Assembly: GCF_032444005.1 (NCBI RefSeq)
Contig: NC_091282.1
Coordinates: 35,898,001-35,962,000, forward strand
Source of the DNA: Ranitomeya imitator
Lineage: Eukaryota
DNA length: 64,000 nucleotides
Direction: 5' to 3'
How positions within the stretch are numbered: the stretch's first letter is position 1; every line of letters starts with the position of its first letter. Both the position numbers and the translations under genes were made by a program. This document shows, piece after piece, positions 1 to 11,993 of this stretch. The notes beneath the pieces were generated by a model, which did not search any database, had not been told where the DNA came from, and saw nothing but the letters and a program-made list of their open reading frames with translations.

Positions 1-3000
1 TGCACCTGATACCCCAATACTGAGCTCCTGCTGCCATATGTGTCCCTATTACTGCACCTGATAACACAATACTGAGCCGCTGCTGCCGTATGTGTCCCTA
101 TTACTGCACCTGATACCGCAATACTGAGCCACTGCTGCAGTATGTGTCCCTATTACTGCACCTGATACCCCAATACTGAGCCGCTGCTGCCGTATGTGAC
201 CCTATTACTGCCCCTGATACCCCAATACTGAGCCGCTGCTGCCGTATGTGTCCCTATTACTGCACCTGATATCCCAATACTGAGCCGCTGCTGCCGTATG
301 TGTCCCTATTACTGCACCTGATACCCCCAATACTGAGCCGCTGCTGCCGTATGTGTCCCTATTACTGCACCTGATACCCCAATACTGAGCCGCTGCTGCC
401 GTATGTGTCCCTATTACTGTACCTGATACCCCAATACTGAGCCGCTGCTGCCGTATGTGTCCCTATTACTGCACCTGATACCCCAATACTGAGCTGCTGC
501 TGCCGTATGTGTCCCTATTACTGTACCTGATACCCCAATACTGAGCCGCTGCTGCCGTATGTGTCCCTATTACTGCACTTGATACCCCAATACTGAGCCG
601 CTGCTGCCGTATGTGTCCCTATTACTGCACCTGATACCCCAATACTGAGCCGCTGCTGCCGTATGTGACCCTATTACTGCCCCTGATACCCCAACACTGA
701 GCCGCTGCTGCCGTATGTGTCCCTATTACTGCACCTGATACCCCAACACTGAGCCGCTGCTGCCGTATGTGTCCCTATTACTGCACCTGATACCCCAATA
801 CTGAGCCACTGCTGCCGTATGTGTCCCTATTACTGCCCCTGATACCCCAATACTGAGCCGCTGCTGCCGTATGTGTCCCTATTACTGCACCCGATACCCC
901 AATACTGAGCCGCTGCTGCCGTATGTGTCCCTATTACTGCACTTGATACCCCAATACTGAGCCGCTGCTGCCGTGTGTGACCCTATTACTGCCCCTGATA
1001 CCCCAATACTGAGCCGCTGCTGCCGTATGTGTCCCTATTACTGCACCTGATACCCCAATACTGAGCCGCTGCTGCCGTATGTGTCCCTATTACTGCACCT
1101 GATACCCCAATACTGAGCCGCTGCTGCTGTATGTGACCCTATTACTGCCCCTGATACCCCAATACTGAGCCGCTGCTGCCGTATGTGTCCCTATTACTGC
1201 CCCTGATACCCCAATACTGAGCCGCTGCTGCCGTATGTGTCCCTATTACTGCCCCTGATACCCCAATACTGAGCCGCTGCTGCCGTATGCGTCCCTATTA
1301 CTGCACCTGATACCCCAATACTGAGCTACTGCTGCCGTATGTGTCCCTATTACTGCACCTGATACCCCAATACTGAGCCGCTGCTGCCATGTGTCCCTAT
1401 TACTGCACCTGATACCCCAATACTGAGCCGCCGCTGCCGTATGTGTCCCTATTACTGCCCCTGATACCCCAATACTGAGCCGCCGCTGCCGTATGTGTCC
1501 CTATTACTGCACCTGATACCCCAATACTGAGCCGCCGCTGCCGTATGTGTCCCTATTACTGCCCCTGATACCCCAATACTGAGCCGCCGCTGCCGTATGT
1601 GTCCCTATTACTGCACCTGATACCCCAATACTGAGCCGCCGCTGCCGTATGTGTCCCTATTACTGCACCTGATACCCCAATACTGAGCTCCTGCTGCCAT
1701 ATGTGTCCCTATTACTGCACCTGATACCCCAATACTGAGCCGCTGCTGCCGTATGTGTCCCTATTACTGCACCTGATACCCCAATACTGAGCCACTGCTG
1801 CAGTATGTGTCCCTATTACTGCACCTGATACCCCAATACTGAGCCGCTGCTGCCGTATGTGACCCTATTACTGCCCCTGATACCCCAATACTGAGCCGCT
1901 GCTGCCGTATGTGTCCCTATTACTGCACCTGATATCCCAATACTGAGCCGCTGCTGCCGTATGTGTCCCTATTACTGCACCTGATACCCCCAATACTGAG
2001 CCGCTGCTGCCGTATGTGTCCCTATTACTGCACCTGATACCCCAATACTGAGCCGCTGCTGCCGTATGTGTCCCTATTACTGCACCTGATACCCCAATAC
2101 TGAGCCGCTGCTGCCGTATGTGACCCTATTACTGCCCCTGATACCCCAACACTGAGCCGCTGCTGCCGTATGTGTCCCTATTACTGCACCTGATACCCCA
2201 ATACTGAGCCGCTGCTGCCGTATGTGTCCCTATTACTGCACCTGATACCCCAATACTGAGCCGCTGCTGCCGTATGTGTCCCTATTACTGCACCTGATAC
2301 CCCAATACTGAGCCACTGCTGCCGTATGTGTCCCTATTACTGCACCTGATACCCCAATACTGAGCCGCTGCTGCCGTATGTGTCCCTATTACTGCACCTG
2401 ATACCCCAATACTGAGCCGCTGCTGCCGTATGTGACCCTATTACTGCCCCTGATACCCCAATACTGAGCCGCTGCTGCCGTATGTGTCCCTATTACTGCC
2501 CCTGATACCCCAATACTGAGCCGCTCCTGCCGTATGTGTCCCTATTACTGCACCTGATACCCCAATACTGAGCCGCTGCTGCCGTATGTGTCCCTATTAC
2601 TGCCCCTGATATCCCAATACTGAGCCGCTGCTGCCGTATGTGTCCCTATTACTGCACCTGATACCCCAATACTGAGCCGCTGCTGCCATATGTGTCCCTA
2701 TTACTGCACCTGATACCCCAATACTGAGCCGCTGCTGCCGTATGCGTCCCTATTACTGCACCTGATACCCCAATACTGAGCTACTGCTGCCGTATGTGTC
2801 CCTATTACTGCACCTGATACCCCAATACTGAGCCGCTGCTGCCGTATGTGACCCTATTACTGCACCTGATATCCCAATACTGAGCCGCTGCTGCCGTATG
2901 TGTCCCTATTACTGCCCCTGATACCCCAATACTGAGCCGCCGCTGCCGTATGTGTCCCTATTACTGCACCTGATACCCCAATACTGAGCCGCTGCTGCCG

Positions 3001-6000
3001 TATGTGTCCTTATTACTGCCCCTGATACCCCAATACTGAGCCGCTGCTGCCGTATGTGTCCTTATTACTGCCCCTGATACCCCAATACTGAGCTACTGCT
3101 GCCGTATGTGTCCCTATTACTGCACCTGATACCCCAATACTGAGCCGCTGCTGCCTTATGTGACCCTATTACTGCCCCTGATACCCCAACACTGAGCCGC
3201 TGCTGCCGTATGTGTCCCTATTACTGCACTTGATACCCCAATACTGAGCCGATGCTGCCGTATGTGACCCTATTACTGCCCCTGATACCCCAATACTGAG
3301 CCGCTGCTGCCGTATGTGTCCCTATTACTGCACCTGATACCCCAATACTGAGCCGCTGCTGCCGTATGTGTCCCTATTACTGCACCTGATACCCCAATAC
3401 TGAGCCGCTGCTGCTGTATGTGACCCTATTACTGCCCCTGATACCCCAATACTGAGCCGCTGCTGCCGTATGTGTTACTATTACTGCCCCTGATACCCCA
3501 ATACTGAGCCGCTGCTGCCGTATGTGTCCCTATTACTGCACCTGATACCCCAATACTGAGCCGCCGCTGCCGTATGTGTCCCTATTACTGCCCCTGATAC
3601 CCCAATACTGAGCCGCCGCTGCCGTATGTGTCCCTATTACTGCACCTGATACCCCAATACTGAGCCGCTGCTGCCGTATGTGTCCCTATTACTGCACCTG
3701 ATACCCCAATACTGAGCCGCTGCTGCTGTATGTGACCCTATTACTGCCCCTGATACCCCAATACTGAGCCGCTGCTGCCGTATGTGTTACTATTACTGCC
3801 CCTGATACCCCAATACTGAGCCGCTGCTGCCGTATGTGTCCCTATTACTGCACCTGATACCCCAATACTGAGCCGCTGCTGCCATGTGTCCCTATTACTG
3901 CACCTGATACCCCAATACTGAGCCGCCGCTGCCGTATGTGTCCCTATTACTGCCCCTGATACCCCAATACTGAGCCGCCGCTGCCGTATGTGTCCCTATT
4001 ACTGCACCTGATACCCCAATACTGAGCCGCCGCTGCCGTATGTGTCCCTATTACTGCCCCTGATACCCCAATACTGAGCCGCCGCTGCCATATGTGTCCC
4101 TATTACTGCACCTGATACCCCAATACTGAGCCGCCGCTGCCGTATGTGTCCCTATTACTGCACCTGATACCCCAATACTGAGCTCCTGCTGCCATATGTG
4201 TCCCTATTACTGCACCTGATACCCCAATACTGAGCCGCTGCTGCCGTATGTGTCCCTATTACTGCACCTGATACCCCAATACTGAGCCACTGCTGCAGTA
4301 TGTGTCCCTATTACTGCACCTGATACCCCAATACTGAGCCGCTGCTGCCGTATGTGACCCTATTACTGCCCCTGATACCCCAATACTGAGCCGCTGCTGC
4401 CGTATGTGTCCCTATTACTGCACCTGATATCCCAATACTGAGCCGCTGCTGCCGTATGTGTCCCTATTACTGCACCTGATACCCCCAATACTGAGCCGCT
4501 GCTGCCGTATGTGTCCCTATTACTGCACCTGATACCCCAATACTGAGCCGCTGCTGCCGTATGTGTCCCTATTACTGTACCTGATACCCCAATACTGAGC
4601 CGCTGCTGCTGTATGTGTCCCTATTACTGCACCTGATACCCCAATACTGAGCTGCTGCTGCCGTATGTGTCCCTATTACTGCACCTGATATCCCAATACT
4701 GAGCCGCTGCTGCCGTATGTGTCCCTATTACTGCACCTGATACCCCCAATACTGAGCCGCTGCTGCCGTATGTGTCCCTATTACTGCACCTGATACCCCA
4801 ATACTGAGCCGCTGCTGCCGTATGTGTCCCTATTACTGTACCTGATACCCCAATACTGAGCCGCTGCTGCTGTATGTGTCCCTATTACTGCACCTGATAC
4901 CCCAATACTGAGCCGCTGCTGCCGTATGTGTCCCTATTACTGCACCTGATACCTCAATACTGAGCCGCTGCTGCCGTATGTGTCCCTATTACTGCACCTG
5001 ATACCCCAATACTGAGCTGCTGCTGCCGTATGTGTCCCTATTACTGTACCTGATACCCCAATACTGAGCCGCTGCTGCCGTATGTGTCCCTATTACTGCA
5101 CCTGATACCCCAATACTGAGCCGCTGCTGCCGTATGTGTCCCTATTACTGCACCTGATACCCCAATACTGAGCCGCTGCTGCCGTATGTGACCCTATTAC
5201 TGCCCCTGATACCCCAACACTGAGCCGCTGCTGCCGTATGTGTCCCTATTACTGCACCTGATACCCCAACACTGAGCCGCTGCTGCCGTATGTGTCCCTA
5301 TTACTGCACCTGATACCCCAATACTGAGCCACTGCTGCCGTATGTGTCCCTATTACTGCCCCTGATACCCCAATACTGAGCCGCTGCTGCCGTATGTGTC
5401 CCTATTACTGCACCCGATACCCCAATACTGAGCCGCTGCTGCCGTATGTGTCCCTATTACTGCACTTGATACCCCAATACTGAGCCGCTGCTGCCGTATG
5501 TGACCCTATTACTGCCCCTGATACCCCAATACTGAGCCGCTGCTGCCGTATGTGTCCCTATTACTGCACCTGATACCCCAATACTGAGCCGCTGCTGCCG
5601 TATGTGTCCCTATTACTGCACCTGATACCCCAATACTGAGCCGCTGCTGCTGTATGTGACCCTATTACTGCCCCTGATACCCCAATACTGAGCCGCTGCT
5701 GCCGTATGTGTCCCTATTACTGCCCCTGATACCCCAATACTGAGCCGCTGCTGCCGTATGTGTCCCTATTACTGCACCTGATACCCCAATACTGAGCCGC
5801 TGCTGCCATGTGTCCCTATTACTGCACCTGATACCCCAATACTGAGCCGCCGCTGCCGTATGTGTCCCTATTACTGCCCCTGATACCCCAATACTGAGCC
5901 GCCGCTGCCGTATGTGTCCCTATTACTGCACCTGATACCCCAATACTGAGCCGCCGCTGCCGTATGTGTCCCTATTACTGCCCCTGATACCCCAATGCTG

Positions 6001-8950
6001 AGCCGCCGCTGCCGTATGTGTCCCTATTACTGCACCTGATACCCCAATACTGAGCCGCCGCTGCCGTATGTGTCCCTATTACTGCACCTGATACCCCAAT
6101 ACTGAGCTCCTGCTGCCATATGTGTCCCTATTACTGCACCTGATACCCCAATACTGAGCCGCTGCTGCCGTATGTGTCCCTATTACTGCACCTGATACCC
6201 CAATACTGAGCCACTGCTGCAGTATGTGTCCCTATTACTGCACCTGATACCCCAATACTGAGCCGCTGCTGCCGTATGTGACCCTATTACTGCCCCTGAT
6301 ACCCCAATACTGAGCCGCTGCTGCCGTATGTGTCCCTATTACTGCACCTGATATCCCAATACTGAGCCGCTGCTGCCGTATGTGTCCCTATTACTGCACC
6401 TGATACCCCCAATACTGAGCCGCTGCTGCCGTATGTGTCCCTATTACTGCACCTGATACCCCAATTCTGAGCCGCTGCTGCCGTATGTGTCCCTATTACT
6501 GCCCCTGATACCCCAATACTGAGCCGCTGCTGCCGTATGTGTCCCTATTACTGCACCCGATACCCCAATACTGAGCCGCTGCTGCCGTATGTGTCCCTAT
6601 TACTGCACTTGATACCCCAATACTGAGCCGCTGCTGCCGTATGTGACCCTATTACTGCCCCTGATACCCCAATACTGAGCCGCTGCTGCCGTATGTGTCC
6701 CTATTACTGCACCTGATACCCCAATACTGAGCCGCTGCTGCCGTATGTGTCCCTATTACTGCACCTGATACCCCAATACTGAGCCGCTGCTGCTGTATGT
6801 GACCCTATTACTGCCCCTGATACCCCAATACTGAGCCGCTGCTGCCGTATGTGTCCCTATTACTGCCCCTGATACCCCAATACTGAGCCGCTGCTGCCGT
6901 ATGTGTCCCTATTACTGCACCTGATACCCCAATACTGAGCCGCTGCTGCCATGTGTCCCTATTACTGCACCTGATACCCCAATACTGAGCCGCCGCTGCC
7001 GTATGTGTCCCTATTACTGCCCCTGATACCCCAATACTGAGCCGCCGCTGCCGTATGTGTCCCTATTACTGCACCTGATACCCCAATACTGAGCCGCCGC
7101 TGCCGTATGTGTCCCTATTACTGCCCCTGATACCCCAATACTGAGCCGCCGCTGCCGTATGTGTCCCTATTACTGCACCTGATACCCCAATACTGAGCCG
7201 CCGCTGCCGTATGTGTCCCTATTACTGCACCTGATACCCCAATACTGAGCTCCTGCTGCCATATGTGTCCCTATTACTGCACCTGATACCCCAATACTGA
7301 GCCGCTGCTGCCGTATGTGTCCCTATTACTGCACCTGATACCCCAATACTGAGCCGCTGCTGCCGTATGTGTCCCTATTACTGCACCTGATATCCCAATA
7401 CTGAGCCGCTGCTGCCGTATGTGTCCCTATTACTGCACCTGATACCCCCAATACTGAGCCGCTGCTGCCGTATGTGTCCCTATTACTGCACCTGATACCC
7501 CAATACTGAGCCGCTGCTGCCGTATGTGTCCCTATTACTGCACCTGATACCCCAATACTGAGCCGCTGCTGCCGTATGTGACCCTATTACTGCCCCTGAT
7601 ACCCCAACACTGAGCCGCTGCTGCCGTATGTGTCCCTATTACTGCACCTGATACCCCAACACTGAGCCGCTGCTGCCGTATGTGTCCCTATTACTGCACC
7701 TGATACCCCAATACTGAGCCACTGCTGCCGTATGTGTCCCTATTACTGCACCTGATACCCCAATACTGAGCCGCTGCTGCCGTATGTGTCCCTATTACTG
7801 CACCTGATACCCCAATACTGAGCCACTGCTGCCGTATGTGACCCTATTACTGCCCCTGATACCCCAATACTGAGCCGCTGCTGCCGTATGTGTCCCTATT
7901 ACTGCCCCTGATACCCCAATACTGAGCCGCTCCTGCCGTATGTGTCCCTATTACTGCACCTGATACCCCAATACTGAGCCGCTGCTGCCGTATGTGTCCC
8001 TATTACTGCCCCTGATATCCCAATACTGAGCCGCTGCTGCCGTATGTGTCCCTATTACTGCACCTGATACCCCAATACTGAGCCGCTGCTGCCATATGTG
8101 TCCCTATTACTGCCCCTGATACCCCAATACTGAGCCGCTGCTGCCGTATGTGTCCCTATTACTGCACCTGATACCCCAATACTGAGCCGCTGCTGCCGTA
8201 TGCGTCCCTATTACTGCACCTGATACCCCAATACTGAGCTACTGCTGCCGTATGTGTCCCTATTACTGCACCTGATACCCCAATACTGAGCCGCTGCTGC
8301 CGTATGTGACCCTATTACTGCACCTGATATCCCAATACTGAGCCGCTGCTGCCGTATGTGTCCCTATTACTGCCCCTGATACCCCAATACTGAGCCGCCG
8401 CTGCCGTATGTGTCCCTATTACTGCACCTGATACCCCAATACTGAGCTACTGCTGCCGTATGTGTCCCTATTACTGCACCTGATACCCCAATACTGAGCC
8501 GCTGCTGCCGTATGTGACCCTATTACTGCACCTGATATCCCAATACTGAGCCGCTGCTGCCGTATGTGTCCCTATTACTGCCCCTGATACCCCAATACTG
8601 AGCCGCCGCTGCCGTATGTGTCCCTATTACTGCATCTGATACCCCAATACTGAGCTACTGCTGCCGTATGTGTCCCTATTACTGCACCTGATACCCCAAT
8701 ACTGAGCCGCCGCTGCCGTATGTGTCCCTATTACTGCACCTGATACCCCAATACTGAGCCGCTGCTGCCGTATGTCTCCCTATTACTGCACCTGATACCC
8801 CAATATTGAGCCGCTGCTGCCGTATGTGTCCCTATTACTGCCCCTGATACCTCAATACTGAGCCGCTGCTGCCGTATGTGTCCCTATTACTGCACCTGAT
8901 ACCCCAATACTGAGCCGCTGCTGCCGTATGTGTCCCTATTACTGCACCTG
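1..8950. repeat. 52-bp tandem satellite array, about 172 units, runs off left edge
   Basis: Unit TGCACCTGATACCCCAATACTGAGCCGCTGCTGCCGTATGTGTCCCTATTAC recurs at 1, 53, 105... with point variants; ends at tgcacctg|ctgtgtgg ~8950. Confidence 0.99.
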
Positions 8951-9612
8951 CTGTGTGGTTCTCTGTACCCTCTAAAGTAATGCCGGGTGCAAGTGCCCTA
9001 GAAATTAGTGCCCACATTTTGCCCCTAGAAAGTAATATTGCCCTGTGTGCCCCTTTGATAGTCACAGTAACCTGTGTTCCCCTATAACAATAAGTGCCCA
9101 CTTTACACTTAATAAATGTCCTCAGTCTCCCCCTGTACAGCTCCCCTACACAAAGTATAATGCCCCCTAACTGTATAGTACCACCCACACAGTATACTGA
9201 CCCCTTATTGGCCTCCAAACTGTTTGATGGCTCCAACACTATATGATGGCCCCCTCACTGTAATCCCCACACAGCACCCCTATCGGCAGACCCTGTAGTA
9301 TAAGACAGTACCCCATAGGCAGACCCTGTAGTATAAGGCAGCACCCCATAGGCAGCCCTTGTAGTATAAGACAGTACCCCCATAGGCAGACCCTGTAGTA
9401 TTAAGCAGCACCCCCATAGGCAGATCCTGTATATAAGGCAGCACCCTCCCCAATAGGCAGATCCTGTATGTAAGGCTGCACCCCCCCCCCCATAGGCAGA
9501 TCATGCATATAAGGCAGCACTCCCCCCATAGGCAGATCATGTATATAAGGCAGCACCCCCATAGCCAGATCCTGTATTTAAGGTAGCACCCCCCCAATAG
9601 GCAGATCATGTA

Positions 9613-10652
9613 CAGGGTGGAGCGCGGTAATTTGCTTTTTTGCACTGCATGCTGTGGCGGCACTGTCGGTCGAAGAGAGGGGAGAGTGGGTGTGGCATAC
9701 AGTGGCTGATGGGAGATTTGTATTCCTCTGCCTTTCAGTTGCCATCATGCAGTGGACACGTGAGGAGAGGTCATTTTGTGTTGAAGCGTATTTTTCAAAT
9801 GCCCACTCGATCATTGCAGTGCAGCGTGCTTTTCGTTTACAATTCGCTGTTCCTCCACGCGGACGTGTTCCTGGACGGCAATCAATTGTAAATTGGGTGA
9901 ATGCATTCAGAACAGCAGGGAATGTGTCATGTGTACGAAGGGGACCTGAGAGAAGGATTACAACACCACAAAACATCGAGAGAGTTAGAGCAGCAGTACT
10001 GCAATCTCCGAAACGCTCTGCTCGGAAGCAATCATTTGCTCTTGGCATTTCAAGACGTTCTCTCCACCGGATTCTTCATGATGAACTGAATTTTGATAAT
10101 GGTCGTGCCATAACTGTGAACTCCGAACGGTACTTGTCTATGATACAGGATTATTTTCAGCCGGCTCTTGAGGCAATGGAACTAGAGGATACATGGTTCC
10201 AACAGGATGGTGCCACTGCACACACAGCGAGGGTTACCATGAATTGTTTGAGGCAAATGTTTCCTGGACGGCTTATCTCTTTGAGGGGAGATGTGAACTG
10301 GCCAGCACGCTCACCAGATTTAGCCCCATGCGATTTTTTCCTTTGGGGTTACCTGAAGTCTAAGGTGTATATCAACCGTCCCAACACCTTGGAAGACCTA
10401 AGGAACAATATTGAAGCTGAAATTGGCAGAATACCAGTGGACATGCTTGTTAGAGTTCATGAAAACTTCAGAAAACGTATGCAGCAGTGTGTGGATAGCG
10501 AAGGTCGACATTTGCCAGATACACTATTTAAAACCATGTAATTTAAAAATTCCATTACTGTTCAGTATAATTAAAATATAAAATAAATTTTTCTAATGAT
10601 CATAAATTTTTTATTTCATTCCCAAATCAGCAAATTACCGCGCTCCACCCTG
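9613..10652 (+). mobile_element. Tc1/mariner DD41D (rosa/Visitor-type) element, internally deleted, 1040 bp
   Basis: 24-bp perfect TIR CAGGGTGGAGCGCGGTAATTTGCT (9613-9636 / 10629-10652), TA at 9611-12 and 10653-54. Confidence 0.92.
9747..10541 (+). pseudogene. DD41D transposase with in-frame deletion of the first catalytic Asp region
   Basis: MQWTREERSFCVEAYF... HTH region; WFQQDG...WPARSPDLAPCDFFLWG with 41 residues between the last two Asp; LHDELNF joins directly to DNGRAITVNSERY, no F(S/T)DE motif. Confidence 0.88.
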
Positions 10653-11870
10653 TATATAAGGCAGCGCCCCCCCAATAGGCAGATCCTCTAAATAAGGCAG
10701 CACTCCCCCCCAAATAGGTAGATCCTGTAAATAAGGCAGCACCCCCTCCAATAGGCAGATCCTGTATATAAGGCAGCACTCCCCCCCAAATAGGTAGATC
10801 CTGTAAATAAGGCAGCACTCCCCCCCAAATAGGCAGATCATGTATATAAGGCAGCGCCCCCCAAATAGGTAGATCCTGTAAATAAGGCAGCACCCCCCCA
10901 ATAGGCAGATCCTGTAAATAAGGCAGCACTCCCCCCCAAATAGGTAGATCCTGTAAATAAGGCAGCACTCCCCCCCAAATAGGCAGATCATGTATATAAG
11001 GCAGCGCCCCCCAAATAGGTAGATCCTGTAAATAAGGCAGCACCCCCCCAATAGGCAGATCCTGTAAATAAGGCAGCACTCCCCCCCAAATAGGTAGATC
11101 CTGTAAATAAGGCAGCACTCCCCCCCAAATAGGCAGATCATGTATATAAGGCAGTGCCCCCCCAATAGGCAGATCCTGTAAATAAGGCAGCACTCCCCCC
11201 CCCAAATAGGTAGATCCTGTAAATAAGCCAGCACTCCCCCCCCAAATAGGCAGATCATGTATATAAGGCAGCGCCCCCCCAATAGGCAGATCCTATAAAT
11301 AAGGCAGCACTCCCCCCAATAGGCAGATCATGTATATAAGGCAGCACCCCCCCAATAGGCAGAACCTGTAAATAAGGCAGCACCCCCCCAATAGACAGAT
11401 CCTGTAAATAAGGCAGCACTTCCCCCCCAAATAGGCAGATCCTATAAATAAGGCAGCATTCCCCCCCCAATAGGCAGATCCTGTAAATAAGGTAGCACCC
11501 CCCCCCCAAATAAGCAGATCATTTATATAAGGCAGCGCTCCCCCATAGGCAGATCCTATAAATAAACAAATACTCACCTCTCTTCCTCCTTGTTCCAGCG
11601 GCGCTCCCTGCTCCCGCTCATCCACTGACAGCGGGTGCAGGACAGTGACATCATCGCGCCCGCTGTCAGTGTGGGGGATGATGGGGAAAGGAGCGCAGCG
11701 CTCCTTCCCTCATCAATGCGGTGAGCTGTATCGGCTAGATGCCGATACAGCTCACATTGCGATAACGGGCGGGGGGCCCGCTGCTGGCACCGGGCCCCCC
11801 CCCCCCCTCCTGCCCAGGGGCCCTATAGCGGCAGAGCAGAGAGATCGATTCTCCCTGCCCTGTCGCAGAA

Positions 11871-11911
11871 TGTAACTGCATCGGCGCGCTGTGCGCGCCG
11901 ATGCAGTTACA
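11871..11911. other. Perfect 19-bp hairpin, 3-nt loop
   Basis: TGTAACTGCATCGGCGCGC-TGT-GCGCGCCGATGCAGTTACA. Confidence 0.95.
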
Positions 11912-11993
11912 GTAGCGTAGCTCCGGGTGGGCCCCCTCAGAGCGCGGGGCTCGGGGCGATGACCCCCTCTGCCCCCCGGTAGCTACGCTACTG

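Larger units (their letters stand above)
9281..11560. repeat. 33-38 bp C-rich minisatellite (CCCCCCAATAGGCAGATCCTGTA..ATAAGGCAGCAC), interrupted by a mariner at 9613-10652
   Basis: Tandem units with variable C-run on both sides of the insertion; source of the spurious GGVLPY/CCLIY ORFs. Confidence 0.95.
1..11993. mobile_element. Non-autonomous PIF/Harbinger-like composite element, copy 1 (left end outside window)
   Basis: Same module order as 51651-64000: 52-bp array, shared spacer (8950-9280 ~ 52940-53330), minisatellite, shared GC-rich tail (11560-11720 ~ 63820-64000). Ends in ...GGTAGCTACGCTACTG, inverse of the GCGTAGCT start at 51653. Superfamily inferred from terminus type. Confidence 0.65.

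Noticed and set aside
1-8950. CRISPR-like array
   Set aside because: Units are contiguous with no unique spacers, there are no cas genes, and the context is eukaryotic.
9280-11625. Long minus-strand ORFs (GGVLPYLQDL / CCLIYRICL), also at 53616-54223, 59572-60051 and 62882-63996
   Set aside because: Translations of the minisatellite; unit length varies out of frame and all frames look alike.
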